From the NCBI GenBank assembly GCA_964499095.1, contig CAZCJF010000004.1:22207-86206 (forward strand): a DNA stretch of 64,000 nt, written 5' to 3'. Shown here piece after piece: positions 52,264 to 61,382 of this stretch. The stretch is from an uncultured Ignavibacteriaceae bacterium (lineage in GTDB: Bacteria; Bacteroidota; Ignavibacteria; Ignavibacteriales; Ignavibacteriaceae). Position 1 is the stretch's first letter; each line of letters begins with the position of its first letter. The translations under genes were made by a program, and so were the position numbers. The notes below the pieces were generated by a model, which was not told the origin of the DNA, searched no databases, and worked only from the letters and a program-made list of their open reading frames with translations.

Positions 52264-52563
52264 ATGACAAAAGCTGATATTGTAGATAAAGTTGCCGCCG
52301 GCACCGGATTGACTAAGTTAGAAACAGAAGCAATTATTGAAGGCTTTTTTTCAACGGTAATTGATGCCTTAAAAAATGGTAAAGGTATAGAGATAAGAGG
52401 TTTTGGTAGTTATAAAGTCAGGAAAAAAAATCCAAGAAATGCCCGTAACCCCAAAACAGGAGAAAAAGTTTTTGTTGAAGAACATTATGTACCAACTTTC
52501 AAATTTTCGAGAGAGTTTAAAGATATTGTAAATCAGGGAATGAAAGAAAAAAGGAGAGGGTAG
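52264..52563 (+). CDS. HU/IHF-family DNA-binding protein
   Basis: 99 aa. MTKADIV..., GFGSYKVRKKNPRNARNPKTGEKV beta-arm with the conserved Pro. Confidence 0.88.
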   Translation: MTKADIVDKVAAGTGLTKLETEAIIEGFFSTVIDALKNGKGIEIRGFGSYKVRKKNPRNARNPKTGEKVFVEEHYVPTFKFSREFKDIVNQGMKEKRRG

Positions 52564-53267
52564 TGGTAAAACAAAAGTATTGTTCAGAGTGCGGTTTTAA
52601 GTTTGATAGAGATTTTAAGTTTTGTCCTGAATGTGGCACAGCAACAGGACAAAAGCAGTCTAAAGTAAAAAACAACTCGTCTGTTACATCTAAACTAAAC
52701 GAAACCAAAAATCTTAATCCTAAAGTTATATACGGAATTATAATTGGTGCCATTGCAATTATTGTTATAATCATATTCTCATCCGGCATTTTGGATACCG
52801 CTACAACAGCACCCATAAATCAGGTGCAAGGTCAAAGTAATTTTTCTTCCGGAGTGAATATGAATAATATGCAGGCAATAAATGATCTGGAAGAAAAAGT
52901 TAAACAAAACCCCGATGACCACCAGAGCTTACTGGAGCTTGCACATTTAAAGAATGATTCAGGTTTGTTTGAAGCAGCGATCCTTAACTATAAAACTTAT
53001 CTTGAAAAACATCCTGATGATGCTGACGCAAGAGTTGATATGGGAGTATGCTATTATAATCTGAAAGATTTTAACAATGCAATTAAAGAAATGGAAACTG
53101 CACTTAAATATGCACCTAACCATCAAATTGCATTTTTAAATTTAGGTGTTGTTAATCTTTCAGCAGGTAATCTTCAGGTATCCAAAGATTGGCTCCAAAA
53201 AGCTTATGATATTAATCCAACCAATGAAGTTGGACAAAAAGCAGAACAGTTATTAAAAAATCACTAG
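52563..53267 (+). CDS. Zinc-ribbon, TM, TPR repeat protein
   Basis: GTG start sharing one nt with the HU stop. CSECG...CPECG zinc ribbon, one TM (VIYGIIIGAIAIIVIIIF), and C-terminal TPR repeats. Confidence 0.65.
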   Translation: MVKQKYCSECGFKFDRDFKFCPECGTATGQKQSKVKNNSSVTSKLNETKNLNPKVIYGIIIGAIAIIVIIIFSSGILDTATTAPINQVQGQSNFSSGVNMNNMQAINDLEEKVKQNPDDHQSLLELAHLKNDSGLFEAAILNYKTYLEKHPDDADARVDMGVCYYNLKDFNNAIKEMETALKYAPNHQIAFLNLGVVNLSAGNLQVSKDWLQKAYDINPTNEVGQKAEQLLKNH

Positions 53268-53293
53268 TATTAATTGTAAAGGAGAAAAACTAA

Positions 53294-53389
53294 ATGCCAT
53301 GTGGTAAAAAAAGAAAACGCCATAAAATGTCTACTCACAAAAGGAAAAAAAGATTAAGAAAGAACAGACATAAAAAGAAATTGAGATAA
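53294..53389 (+). CDS. 31-aa Lys/Arg-rich mini-protein, bS22 / AURKAIP1-COX24-like (candidate small ribosomal protein)
   Basis: Not in the ORF track because it is too short. AAGGAG lies 9 nt upstream of the ATG. Translation is MPCGKKRKRHKMSTHKRKKRLRKNRHKKKLR followed by a stop. Confidence 0.6.
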   Translation: MPCGKKRKRHKMSTHKRKKRLRKNRHKKKLR

Positions 53390-53404
53390 ATCTTTTCGAT
53401 TTAT

Positions 53405-53433
53405 TTATGGATGAGGATTAATCTTATCCATAA
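53405..53433 (+). other. 12-bp stem hairpin between the mini-ORF and tRNA-Thr
   Basis: ttatggatgagg-attaa-tcttatccataa, with 2 G-U pairs in RNA. No strong U-tract follows, so terminator versus processing signal is unclear. Confidence 0.4.
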
Positions 53434-53451
53434 TCTTAAAAATAATATGTT

Positions 53452-53527
53452 GCCAACTTAGCTCAGCTGGTAGAGCAAATCATTCGTAATGATTAGGTCG
53501 CCGGTTCGAATCCGGCAGTTGGCTCCA
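53452..53527 (+). tRNA. tRNA-Thr (anticodon CGT), CCA encoded
   Basis: Hand-folded cloverleaf: 7-bp acceptor gccaact/agttggc, D arm gctc-agctggta-gagc, anticodon arm aatca-ttCGTaa-tgatt, T arm gccgg-ttcgaat-ccggc, discriminator t, then cca. Confidence 0.93.
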
Positions 53528-53673
53528 TAACTTAATTTATTACTACTTTGATATAATTTAATAATCATTAAAGTCCTGTTTAATTTTCATCCGAGCTATC
53601 CTTACATTTTTCTTTGAATTCTATCTAACCTGCTACTTAATAAAAAAAAATTGGAAATTTTTACAGATTTTTC

Positions 53674-53703
53674 TTGACTTTTCGAAAAATTTTGCATTAT
53701 TTT
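53674..53703 (+). promoter_or_regulatory. Candidate dcw (Pmra-like) promoter
   Basis: TTGACT at 53674-79. Possible -10 elements are CATTAT (15-nt spacer) or TATTTT (18-nt spacer), immediately upstream of the phased repeats. Confidence 0.35.
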
Positions 53704-53728
53704 GGGGAGTAGTGGGGAAAAGTGGTGA
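53703..53728 (+). promoter_or_regulatory. Three 10-bp-phased direct repeats, candidate MraZ operator
   Basis: TGGGGA (53703), TGGGGA (53713) and TGGTGA (53723), ending ~22 nt upstream of the mraZ ATG. Confidence 0.55.
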
Positions 53729-53749
53729 AAAATATTCAATAAAAGGAAA

Positions 53750-54190
53750 ATGTTCAGAGGTCAATTTACATATTCAATAGATTCAAAAGGCAGAATTGCC
53801 ATCCCGGCAAAGCTTAGAAAACACGTTGCTGCTGAAGCAAACGATACTTTCGTTATGACTCGTGGCTTATCAAACTGCATTGATCTTTATCCTCTTGATG
53901 AATGGCAGAAGCTTGAAGAAAAATTATTACATCTAAATTCATTTCAGCCTGATGAGGCTCGATTTATCAGAATGTTTGTTCAGTATGCTACAGAAGATAC
54001 GATGGATGGACAATCAAGAATACTTATCCCAACTGCGCTTATAGATTATGCAAAGATTGAAAAGGAAGTCTTAATTCTTGGTGCTCTGAAAAAAATAGAA
54101 GTTTGGAATCCCAAAGTTTACGATGATTATTTACGTCAGTCTTCTCAGACTTACGAAGAAATAGCTGCAAAAGTTATGGCAGAAAGATGA
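53750..54190 (+). CDS. mraZ: Transcriptional regulator MraZ
   Basis: 146 aa. Duplicated SpoVT/AbrB-like halves (DSKGRIAIP and DGQSRILIP). First gene of the dcw cluster. Confidence 0.92.
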   Translation: MFRGQFTYSIDSKGRIAIPAKLRKHVAAEANDTFVMTRGLSNCIDLYPLDEWQKLEEKLLHLNSFQPDEARFIRMFVQYATEDTMDGQSRILIPTALIDYAKIEKEVLILGALKKIEVWNPKVYDDYLRQSSQTYEEIAAKVMAER

Positions 54191-55110
54191 GCGAGCATCA
54201 TACACCAGTGATGCTTAAAGAGAGCTTGGATCTTTTAATTGTTGATCGATCAGGAAAATACTTTGATGCAACTTTAGGTTTTGGCGGACACACTGCTGAA
54301 ATTCTAAAAAGGTTAAATACTGATGGGCTTCTTGTGGCCTCAGATGTTGATTCGGATGCATTTGAGTATTGCCAAAAAAAATTCTTTAAGGAACCCAGGT
54401 TAAACTTATACAACTTTAATTATTCTTTTATTGATGTGATTGCAAAAATAGAATCAATAGATTTTTTTGATGGGATACTTGCAGATCTGGGAGTTTCATC
54501 CTATCAGCTTGATGAACCTTCATCAGGATTTACTTTCAGAACAGATGCCCCTCTTGATTTACGAATGGATAAAACAAAAAAAATAACTGCTGCAGATATT
54601 ATTAATAGTTTAGAGGAAAATGATTTGGCAAATATTTTTTATCAGTACGGTGAAGAAAAAAACTCAAGAAAAATTTCAAGAAAAATAGTTCATAGCCGTA
54701 ACTCAAAAAAGATTTTAACTACCAGTGATTTGAGCGCAATTATAAGTGATCTTGTTCCACCTCCATATCTGAAGAAAACACTTGCGCGAGTATTTCAGGC
54801 TCTTAGAATCTATGTTAACGATGAATTAGAAAATCTTAACACTTTTCTTAAAAACTCTCTGAAAGTATTAAAAAGCGGAGGAAGAATAGTTGTAATTACC
54901 TACCACTCTTTGGAAGACAGAATAGTAAAGGAATTTTTTAAAGAACAGTCTCAGGTTAATGTTAGCCCGAAAGAAGATCCAATTGGAATTGTTAAAAAAG
55001 AAGCCAGCTTAAAGTTGATTAATAAAAAACCGATTATTCCTGCTAATGAGGAAATTCAGCTTAATTACCGAGCCAGAAGTGCTAAACTAAGAGCGGCTGA
55101 AAAACTATGA
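54187..55110 (+). CDS. rsmH: 16S rRNA (cytosine1402-N4)-methyltransferase RsmH
   Basis: HTPVML, DATLGFGGHT, GVSSYQLD, and YHSLEDR. Confidence 0.92.
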   Translation: MSEHHTPVMLKESLDLLIVDRSGKYFDATLGFGGHTAEILKRLNTDGLLVASDVDSDAFEYCQKKFFKEPRLNLYNFNYSFIDVIAKIESIDFFDGILADLGVSSYQLDEPSSGFTFRTDAPLDLRMDKTKKITAADIINSLEENDLANIFYQYGEEKNSRKISRKIVHSRNSKKILTTSDLSAIISDLVPPPYLKKTLARVFQALRIYVNDELENLNTFLKNSLKVLKSGGRIVVITYHSLEDRIVKEFFKEQSQVNVSPKEDPIGIVKKEASLKLINKKPIIPANEEIQLNYRARSAKLRAAEKL

Positions 55111-55436
55111 ATAAAAGTTCCAAACCAAAATTGTTTTTAATGATCTTGATCTTACTGCTGATAACAGCTTTTGCTCTTAGTGGTGTGGGAATAAAACTTA
55201 AATACGAGCAAGCATTACTTATTAAGGATGATATCGAAAAGAAATTGAAAACTGAATCTCAAAAGAAAATTAAACTAACTGCAGAACATCAAACATTCAG
55301 CGCTGAAGAGAGAATAGTGAAGATTGCAAACACAGAACTTGGGATGATTAGAGATCTTGAGGCACCTGTTATTATTAAGTATGATCAATCCAGGGCAGAA
55401 GAAATAGAAAAGGAGTTAAAAGAGAAGTATGATTAA
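55107..55436 (+). CDS. ftsL: Cell division protein FtsL-like
   Basis: 109 aa. Single TM followed by a coiled coil. Sits in the conserved position between rsmH and ftsI. Confidence 0.7.
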   Translation: MNKSSKPKLFLMILILLLITAFALSGVGIKLKYEQALLIKDDIEKKLKTESQKKIKLTAEHQTFSAEERIVKIANTELGMIRDLEAPVIIKYDQSRAEEIEKELKEKYD

Positions 55437-57417
55437 CTCTAGAGCATTAGTTGTAATACTGATTATGATACTATTCTTTGCAGCACTAATTGTGAATTTG
55501 ATTGATATTCAAATTTTGAGAAGTGAGGAATTAAAATATTATGCCCAGCGTCAGCAGACAGGTGTGGAAGTTATCCCTGCAGAACGAGGATTGATATATG
55601 ATCGCAACAATGTTCTTTTAGTTTATAACCGACCCGACGTTTCATTTTTTGTTGATCTGAGAATGATCTCCACAAAAGCTAAACAGGATGTCGCAAAGTT
55701 GTTTGCAAAAACTCTTGGTAAGAGTACAAATTATTATCTGAAGTTGATGAGTGGCAAGAAAAAAACTATTTGTCTGGAAAACAAAGTACCTGTTGAAAAA
55801 TCACGCGAGCTTAAAGAATTAAAAAGAGTTGGATATTTCTTTAAAGATGATCCCACAAGAGTATATCATTATAATAATCTGGCATCTCATCTTTTAGGAT
55901 ACATGAATAACGAATCTAAAGGTGTAATGGGTGTCTCTGAATACTTTGAGGAATCACTCAAAGGAAAGGACGGATCCAGATTAGTAGATAAAAATGCAAT
56001 TGGTGAAATTGTAACAGTAGCAGACGATAATTCAAATCCTGCAATTCCTGGCAATAATATCTATCTGACTATTGATAAAAATTATCAGCTGATTCTTGAA
56101 GAAGAATTGCGGAACGGAATTTCTCTTTATGGCGGAAGCTCGGCAACCGGAATAATTATGAATCCGAACACCGGCGAAATATTAGCTGTTGCAAACGTAG
56201 ATGATTTCAACCCAAATGAGTATTGGAAGTATAATGACTTTCAGAGAAGAAACCGTGCTATAACAGATACCTATGAACCGGGTTCTACTTTTAAATCATT
56301 CACTCTCGCTTCTTTAATTGATCAGAAACTATGCAGACTTGATGAAAATATTTTTGTAGAAAATGGTAATTATAAGTTTAAAAACGTTAATATCAGAGAT
56401 ACTCATCCATTCAGCACATTAAATGTAACCAGTGTATTTGAACAATCGAGCAATATTGGTTTCGCAAAACTTGTTCAGAGAATTGATGATGAAAAGTTCT
56501 TTAAATATCTGAGAGGATTTGGATTTGGAAATTACACTTCTGTTACTCTTCCCGGTGAAACTCCAGGAAGATTAAGAAAACCAAATGAATGGTCAAAAGT
56601 ATCAAAAGCTTATCTGTCATTTGGTTACGAAATTTCCGTTACTCCAATTCAGATGATAACTGCATACTCTGCATTAATTAACGGCGGTGTTTTATACGAA
56701 CCACAATTAGTACACAGAGAAATTACTAGTGATGGAAAGCTGGTTAATGAATTTAAACCCAAAGAAGTAAGAAGAGTTATTTCTGAAGAGACTTCTAAAG
56801 TTATGCGGAATCTCTTAGCTGGCGTTGTAAAAAACGGTACAGGTAAAAAAGCTTTCTCTGAACTGATTCAGGTTGGAGGAAAAACTGGAACATCCCAAAA
56901 ACTGGTAAATGGAAAATATTCCAAAAGTGAATATAATTCATCATTTATTGGATTTTTTCCCGTTGAAGATCCTCAAGTTGTTTGTTTGATTTTTATTAAC
57001 TCTCCTGATCAGGGTAAATACGGAGGATTAGTTGCTGCTCCAATATTTAAAAATGTTGCAGAAAGATTGGTAACAACAGATACAGATAAATTTCAGCAAT
57101 ATCTTAATCCGGAATTGCTAAGAAATCTCAAGTTTGTTGAAGAACAAAATTTCAACGAAAAAAATAGCAAATCCGAAACCACAAGTGTTGAGTTGAAAAA
57201 AATAAGTTTGTCCGATAATAACATTATGCCCGATCTAAAAAATTGTTCTGTTAAGGATGCAATTTTTATTCTGACCAAACTTGGAATTAAATACAAAATT
57301 AATGGAAGCGGAATAATAGTTTCTCAAAGCATTCCGGCAGGAACCAGATTATCACGGTCAGAAAATTGTGTTCTTGAATGTTCAGAGATTCTTATTAGGG
57401 GAGCCTCGCTTTACTAA
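55429..57417 (+). CDS. ftsI: Class B penicillin-binding protein (FtsI/PBP3-like) with C-terminal PASTA-like domain
   Basis: SxxK (GSTFKSF), SxN (SSNIG), KTG (GKTGTSQ). C-terminal ~60 aa is PASTA-like (MPDLKNCSVKDAIFILTKLGIKYKINGSG). Confidence 0.88.
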   Translation: MINSRALVVILIMILFFAALIVNLIDIQILRSEELKYYAQRQQTGVEVIPAERGLIYDRNNVLLVYNRPDVSFFVDLRMISTKAKQDVAKLFAKTLGKSTNYYLKLMSGKKKTICLENKVPVEKSRELKELKRVGYFFKDDPTRVYHYNNLASHLLGYMNNESKGVMGVSEYFEESLKGKDGSRLVDKNAIGEIVTVADDNSNPAIPGNNIYLTIDKNYQLILEEELRNGISLYGGSSATGIIMNPNTGEILAVANVDDFNPNEYWKYNDFQRRNRAITDTYEPGSTFKSFTLASLIDQKLCRLDENIFVENGNYKFKNVNIRDTHPFSTLNVTSVFEQSSNIGFAKLVQRIDDEKFFKYLRGFGFGNYTSVTLPGETPGRLRKPNEWSKVSKAYLSFGYEISVTPIQMITAYSALINGGVLYEPQLVHREITSDGKLVNEFKPKEVRRVISEETSKVMRNLLAGVVKNGTGKKAFSELIQVGGKTGTSQKLVNGKYSKSEYNSSFIGFFPVEDPQVVCLIFINSPDQGKYGGLVAAPIFKNVAERLVTTDTDKFQQYLNPELLRNLKFVEEQNFNEKNSKSETTSVELKKISLSDNNIMPDLKNCSVKDAIFILTKLGIKYKINGSGIIVSQSIPAGTRLSRSENCVLECSEILIRGASLY

Positions 57418-58883
57418 TGGAATTAACTGAATTACTAAACAGTATAAGTGCTATTCAGGTCATTGGTGAAGTACAGCGTCGTGATGTCGGTGATATACAA
57501 TATGACTCAAGAAAAGTAAAATCAAATGATGTGTTTGTAGCGATAAAAGGATTTAAAACTGATGGACACAAATTTTTAATGGATGCAATTAATAAAGGTG
57601 CAGTTGCTGTTGTAGTTGAACAAGATAATGTGATACCTGATGAAATAATCAGGCATGCACAAATAGCCAGGATACTCGTTAAAGACAGCAGAGCTGCGCT
57701 GGCAGAATTATCAAAAGGTTTTTATCGTGATCCGTCATCAAAATTAAAGTTGATTGGAATAACCGGTACCAATGGGAAAACAACAACAACATTTATTTTG
57801 AAAAACATTCTGCAGCAGGCTGGATACAAAACAGGTTTGATTGGAACTATAGCAAATTATATTGGAGAAACTAAAATTGATTCAAAGTTAACAACTCCGG
57901 AATCAAACGATTTGAATAAATTTTTCTACCAGATGTTGCTGGAAGATTGTTCTCATGCAGTGATGGAAGTTTCTTCTCATTCGCTTGTTTTAAACAGAGT
58001 ATATGGATTAAGCTTTGCAGGAGCAGTTTTTACTAACATCACTTCTGATCATCTTGATTTTCACCTGACATTTGAGAATTATCTGAACGCAAAGAAAATT
58101 TTGTTTGATGTTCTCTCTACAGATTCTTTTGCGATTATTAATGCAGATGATGAAAATTCAAAAAAAATTGTAAGTGATTCAAAAGCAAAAGTTTTATCGT
58201 ACGGAAAAATTGAGACTTCCGATTATGTAATATCATCAATCAGCTACGATTTAAACGGAACAAATTTTACACTTACTACAGGTGGAAAATCTTATTCAAT
58301 AAGTACAAAGTTAATTGGAGAATTTAACGCTTATAATTGTGCTGCTGCATTCGCCTTGGCTGATAATTTTGGAATATCCAAAGAACAAATAATTGATGGA
58401 ATAAAATCAACACCTTTTGTTCCCGGAAGGTTTGAGGTTGTTGGCAGCGGTAAAAAGAAAGCTATAATTGACTACTCCCATACCGCTGATAGTCTTGAGA
58501 AAGCAATAATAGCACTAAGGCAAATCATTGGAAGTAACAGGCAACTGGTTACGGTTTTTGGTTGTGGAGGAGACAGAGATAAATCCAAAAGACCGGTTAT
58601 GGGAAAAATTGCCACAGAGTTGAGTGATTTCGTTTTGATTACATCCGATAATCCAAGAACAGAAAATCCGTCTCAGATTATCAATGAGATAAAGCAAGGT
58701 ATAGTAAAAAATAACTTTAAAGTTATTGAAAACAGATTTGAAGCAATAAAATATGCAATCGAAAAATCAGAAGAGGACGCTGCCATTCTGATTGCTGGTA
58801 AAGGGCATGAAACATATCAGGAAATAAATGGTGTTAGAAATCATTTTTCTGATTTAGAAACAGCAAAAGAATTTTTGAACTGA
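57417..58883 (+). CDS. murE: UDP-N-acetylmuramoyl-L-alanyl-D-glutamate--2,6-diaminopimelate ligase
   Basis: GITGTNGKTTT, the MEVSSH region, and DNPR in TSDNPRTE. Confidence 0.9.
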   Translation: MELTELLNSISAIQVIGEVQRRDVGDIQYDSRKVKSNDVFVAIKGFKTDGHKFLMDAINKGAVAVVVEQDNVIPDEIIRHAQIARILVKDSRAALAELSKGFYRDPSSKLKLIGITGTNGKTTTTFILKNILQQAGYKTGLIGTIANYIGETKIDSKLTTPESNDLNKFFYQMLLEDCSHAVMEVSSHSLVLNRVYGLSFAGAVFTNITSDHLDFHLTFENYLNAKKILFDVLSTDSFAIINADDENSKKIVSDSKAKVLSYGKIETSDYVISSISYDLNGTNFTLTTGGKSYSISTKLIGEFNAYNCAAAFALADNFGISKEQIIDGIKSTPFVPGRFEVVGSGKKKAIIDYSHTADSLEKAIIALRQIIGSNRQLVTVFGCGGDRDKSKRPVMGKIATELSDFVLITSDNPRTENPSQIINEIKQGIVKNNFKVIENRFEAIKYAIEKSEEDAAILIAGKGHETYQEINGVRNHFSDLETAKEFLN

Positions 58884-60271
58884 TGAATAAAATAAAATTA
58901 ACATTAAAAGATTTTTTTAATCTGCCTGGCGCTGAAATTTTTAATCCGGACAATTTTAATGACATAACATCAGTTTCAATTGACTCAAGAAACATTGGAA
59001 AAAACTGTCTGTTCATTGCGATAAAAGGTGAAAAATTTGACGGGCATGATTTTGTTAATCAGGTTGTAAAGAAAAATGCTGCAGCAGTTATGATTAATAA
59101 AAATCAGCAAAAAAGATTTAATAATCTTGAAATACCTTTTATTACTGTTGCAGATACTACAAAATCACTTGGTGATGTTGCCGCTGCCTGGAGAAGTAAA
59201 TTAAATGCAAAAGTAATTGGTATAACAGGAAGTGCAGGTAAAACCACAACCAAAGAAATGCTGTCACAGATATTGTCAGTAAAATATAAAGTGCATAAGA
59301 CAACATTAAATAATAATAATCATATTGGTGTGCCTCTGACCATATTATCAACAAAGTCAGAGCATCAGATAGCAGTTATAGAGCAGGGGACTAATCATTT
59401 TGGTGAGATAAAATACACAGCAAATATTTCAAGACCAGATTTTGCACTGATTACAATGATCGGACATTCGCATTTAGAATTTTTAAATAATCGCAATGGA
59501 GTTCTAAAAGAAAAATCAGCACTACTGGATATTACCTATCAAAATGGTGGTCTTGTTTTTATAAATAATGATGATGATCTGCTGAATAAATATAGCAGAA
59601 AATTCAAACAAAAAATTACATTCGGTTTTGAAAATAAAAGTGATTATCAGGGAACGATTGAAGAAATTGATAATCTTGGGAAAGCCACTGTTTCAATTAA
59701 ATATCACAATAAAATATTCAGTGTAAAGCTGCCGTTTTCAGGTGAACAAAATGCGAAAAATTTTCTTCCTGTTTATGCAATCGCAAAAGAACTGAAATTG
59801 TCTGATAGGCAGATTCTTAAAGGAATCAAAAAAATAAAATCTGTTGGTAAGCGATTAGAAATAAAAAAGATGAATGACGTTTTTGTAATTAATGATTCAT
59901 ACAATGCAAATCCTGATTCTATGCGTGCATCCTTAAAGCTGCTTAGTGAAATGAAACCAACTTATAAAAAGATTGCAATTCTTGGTGATATGTATGAATT
60001 AGGTAAGCTGTCAAATTCTTTTCACAAAAAAATTGGACAATTTATAAATCAACTTAACATTGATGAAGTTTACACGGTTGGAAAATTTTCTGAACTGATA
60101 TATAAAGCAATTGATGGGAAGATTACAGTTAAAAATCATTACAAGGAAAAAAGAAATTTAATTAAGAGATTAAATGACACCTCGTTCAATAAATCTGTTG
60201 TACTTATAAAAGGTTCCCGCGGAATGAAAATGGAAGATGTATATTCATTTTTAGAGGAGAAGTTAAAGTAA
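58883..60271 (+). CDS. murF: UDP-N-acetylmuramoyl-tripeptide--D-alanyl-D-alanine ligase
   Basis: GITGSAGKTTTKE and DSYNANPDSM. Position in the dcw order also supports the call. Confidence 0.9.
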   Translation: MNKIKLTLKDFFNLPGAEIFNPDNFNDITSVSIDSRNIGKNCLFIAIKGEKFDGHDFVNQVVKKNAAAVMINKNQQKRFNNLEIPFITVADTTKSLGDVAAAWRSKLNAKVIGITGSAGKTTTKEMLSQILSVKYKVHKTTLNNNNHIGVPLTILSTKSEHQIAVIEQGTNHFGEIKYTANISRPDFALITMIGHSHLEFLNNRNGVLKEKSALLDITYQNGGLVFINNDDDLLNKYSRKFKQKITFGFENKSDYQGTIEEIDNLGKATVSIKYHNKIFSVKLPFSGEQNAKNFLPVYAIAKELKLSDRQILKGIKKIKSVGKRLEIKKMNDVFVINDSYNANPDSMRASLKLLSEMKPTYKKIAILGDMYELGKLSNSFHKKIGQFINQLNIDEVYTVGKFSELIYKAIDGKITVKNHYKEKRNLIKRLNDTSFNKSVVLIKGSRGMKMEDVYSFLEEKLK

Positions 60272-61381
60272 ATGCTTTACTACTTATTTGAGTATATAAA
60301 TAAAATTTATTCTCCTCCGGGATTTGATATCTTCAGGTTTTTAACTTTTAGGTCTGCACTTGCTGCTATGACCGGTTTGTTTCTTGCTTTTTATCTTGGT
60401 CCAAAGATTATAAAGAAGTTGCAGCAGTATCAGATTGGTGAAGCAAAAAAAGCTGATGGACCAAAATTCCATTGGTCAAAAGCAGGTACACCAACTATGG
60501 GTGGAATCATAATAGTTTTATCTGTAACAATTCCTGTTTTGCTTTGGGGCGATTTGAAAAGCATTTATGTGCAGTTAATTCTTGTAGGCACTCTTTGGTT
60601 AAGTGGTGTTGGCTTTTTGGATGATTATTTAAAAGTTATAAAAAAATATCCCAACGGCTTGATTGCACGCTACAAATTATTCGGACAAATAATTATTGGT
60701 CTTGTCGTCGGATCAGCAGTTTACTTTTCATCAGATTTTAATGGTTACAGTGCGTTAACAACTTTTCCGTTTCTAAAAAATATTAATCTTGATTTTTCAT
60801 ACTTATACATTCCTGCTGTAGTATTTATAATAACTGCAACATCTAATGCAGTTAATTTAACTGATGGTCTGGATGGTTTGGCAATCGGAGTAATTGCAAT
60901 AGTTATGATAGCGCTTGCCTTGCTTTCATACTTCAGTGGTAATGCAATTTTTGCAAACTATCTTGATATAATGTATTTGCCAGGCGCAGGTGAATTAACA
61001 GTTTTCATTGCAGCTTTGGTTGGTGCAAGCTTAGGATTTCTTTGGTTTAATTCTTATCCGGCTCAGGTTTTTATGGGTGATACAGGTTCATTAGCTCTTG
61101 GCGGCGCTTTTGGAATAATAGCTGTTCTTATTAAAAAAGAATTATTTATCCCAATTCTTGGCGGGATATTTTTTATGGAAACCTTATCAGTTATTATCCA
61201 ACGATTGTACTTTAAATACACAAAGAAAAAATATGGAGAAGGTAAAAGAGTATTTAAAATGGCTCCGCTTCATCATCATTTTGAAATGGTTGGATGGCCT
61301 GAACCAAAGATCGTTGTAAGAGCTTACATCATTGCAATCATATTAGCTATTGTTACTTTAGTTTCATTCAAGATCAGATAA
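60272..61381 (+). CDS. mraY: Phospho-N-acetylmuramoyl-pentapeptide transferase
   Basis: KxGTPTMGG, NAVNLTDGLDGLA, APLHHHFE. Confidence 0.93.
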   Translation: MLYYLFEYINKIYSPPGFDIFRFLTFRSALAAMTGLFLAFYLGPKIIKKLQQYQIGEAKKADGPKFHWSKAGTPTMGGIIIVLSVTIPVLLWGDLKSIYVQLILVGTLWLSGVGFLDDYLKVIKKYPNGLIARYKLFGQIIIGLVVGSAVYFSSDFNGYSALTTFPFLKNINLDFSYLYIPAVVFIITATSNAVNLTDGLDGLAIGVIAIVMIALALLSYFSGNAIFANYLDIMYLPGAGELTVFIAALVGASLGFLWFNSYPAQVFMGDTGSLALGGAFGIIAVLIKKELFIPILGGIFFMETLSVIIQRLYFKYTKKKYGEGKRVFKMAPLHHHFEMVGWPEPKIVVRAYIIAIILAIVTLVSFKIR

Positions 61382-61382
61382 T

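Noticed and set aside
53528-53749. tRNA-Thr as an integration hotspot, with a genomic island or prophage remnant downstream.
   Set aside because: Only 222 bp separate the tRNA from mraZ. There is no integrase, no direct repeat of the tRNA 3' end, and the flanking genes are core dcw genes.
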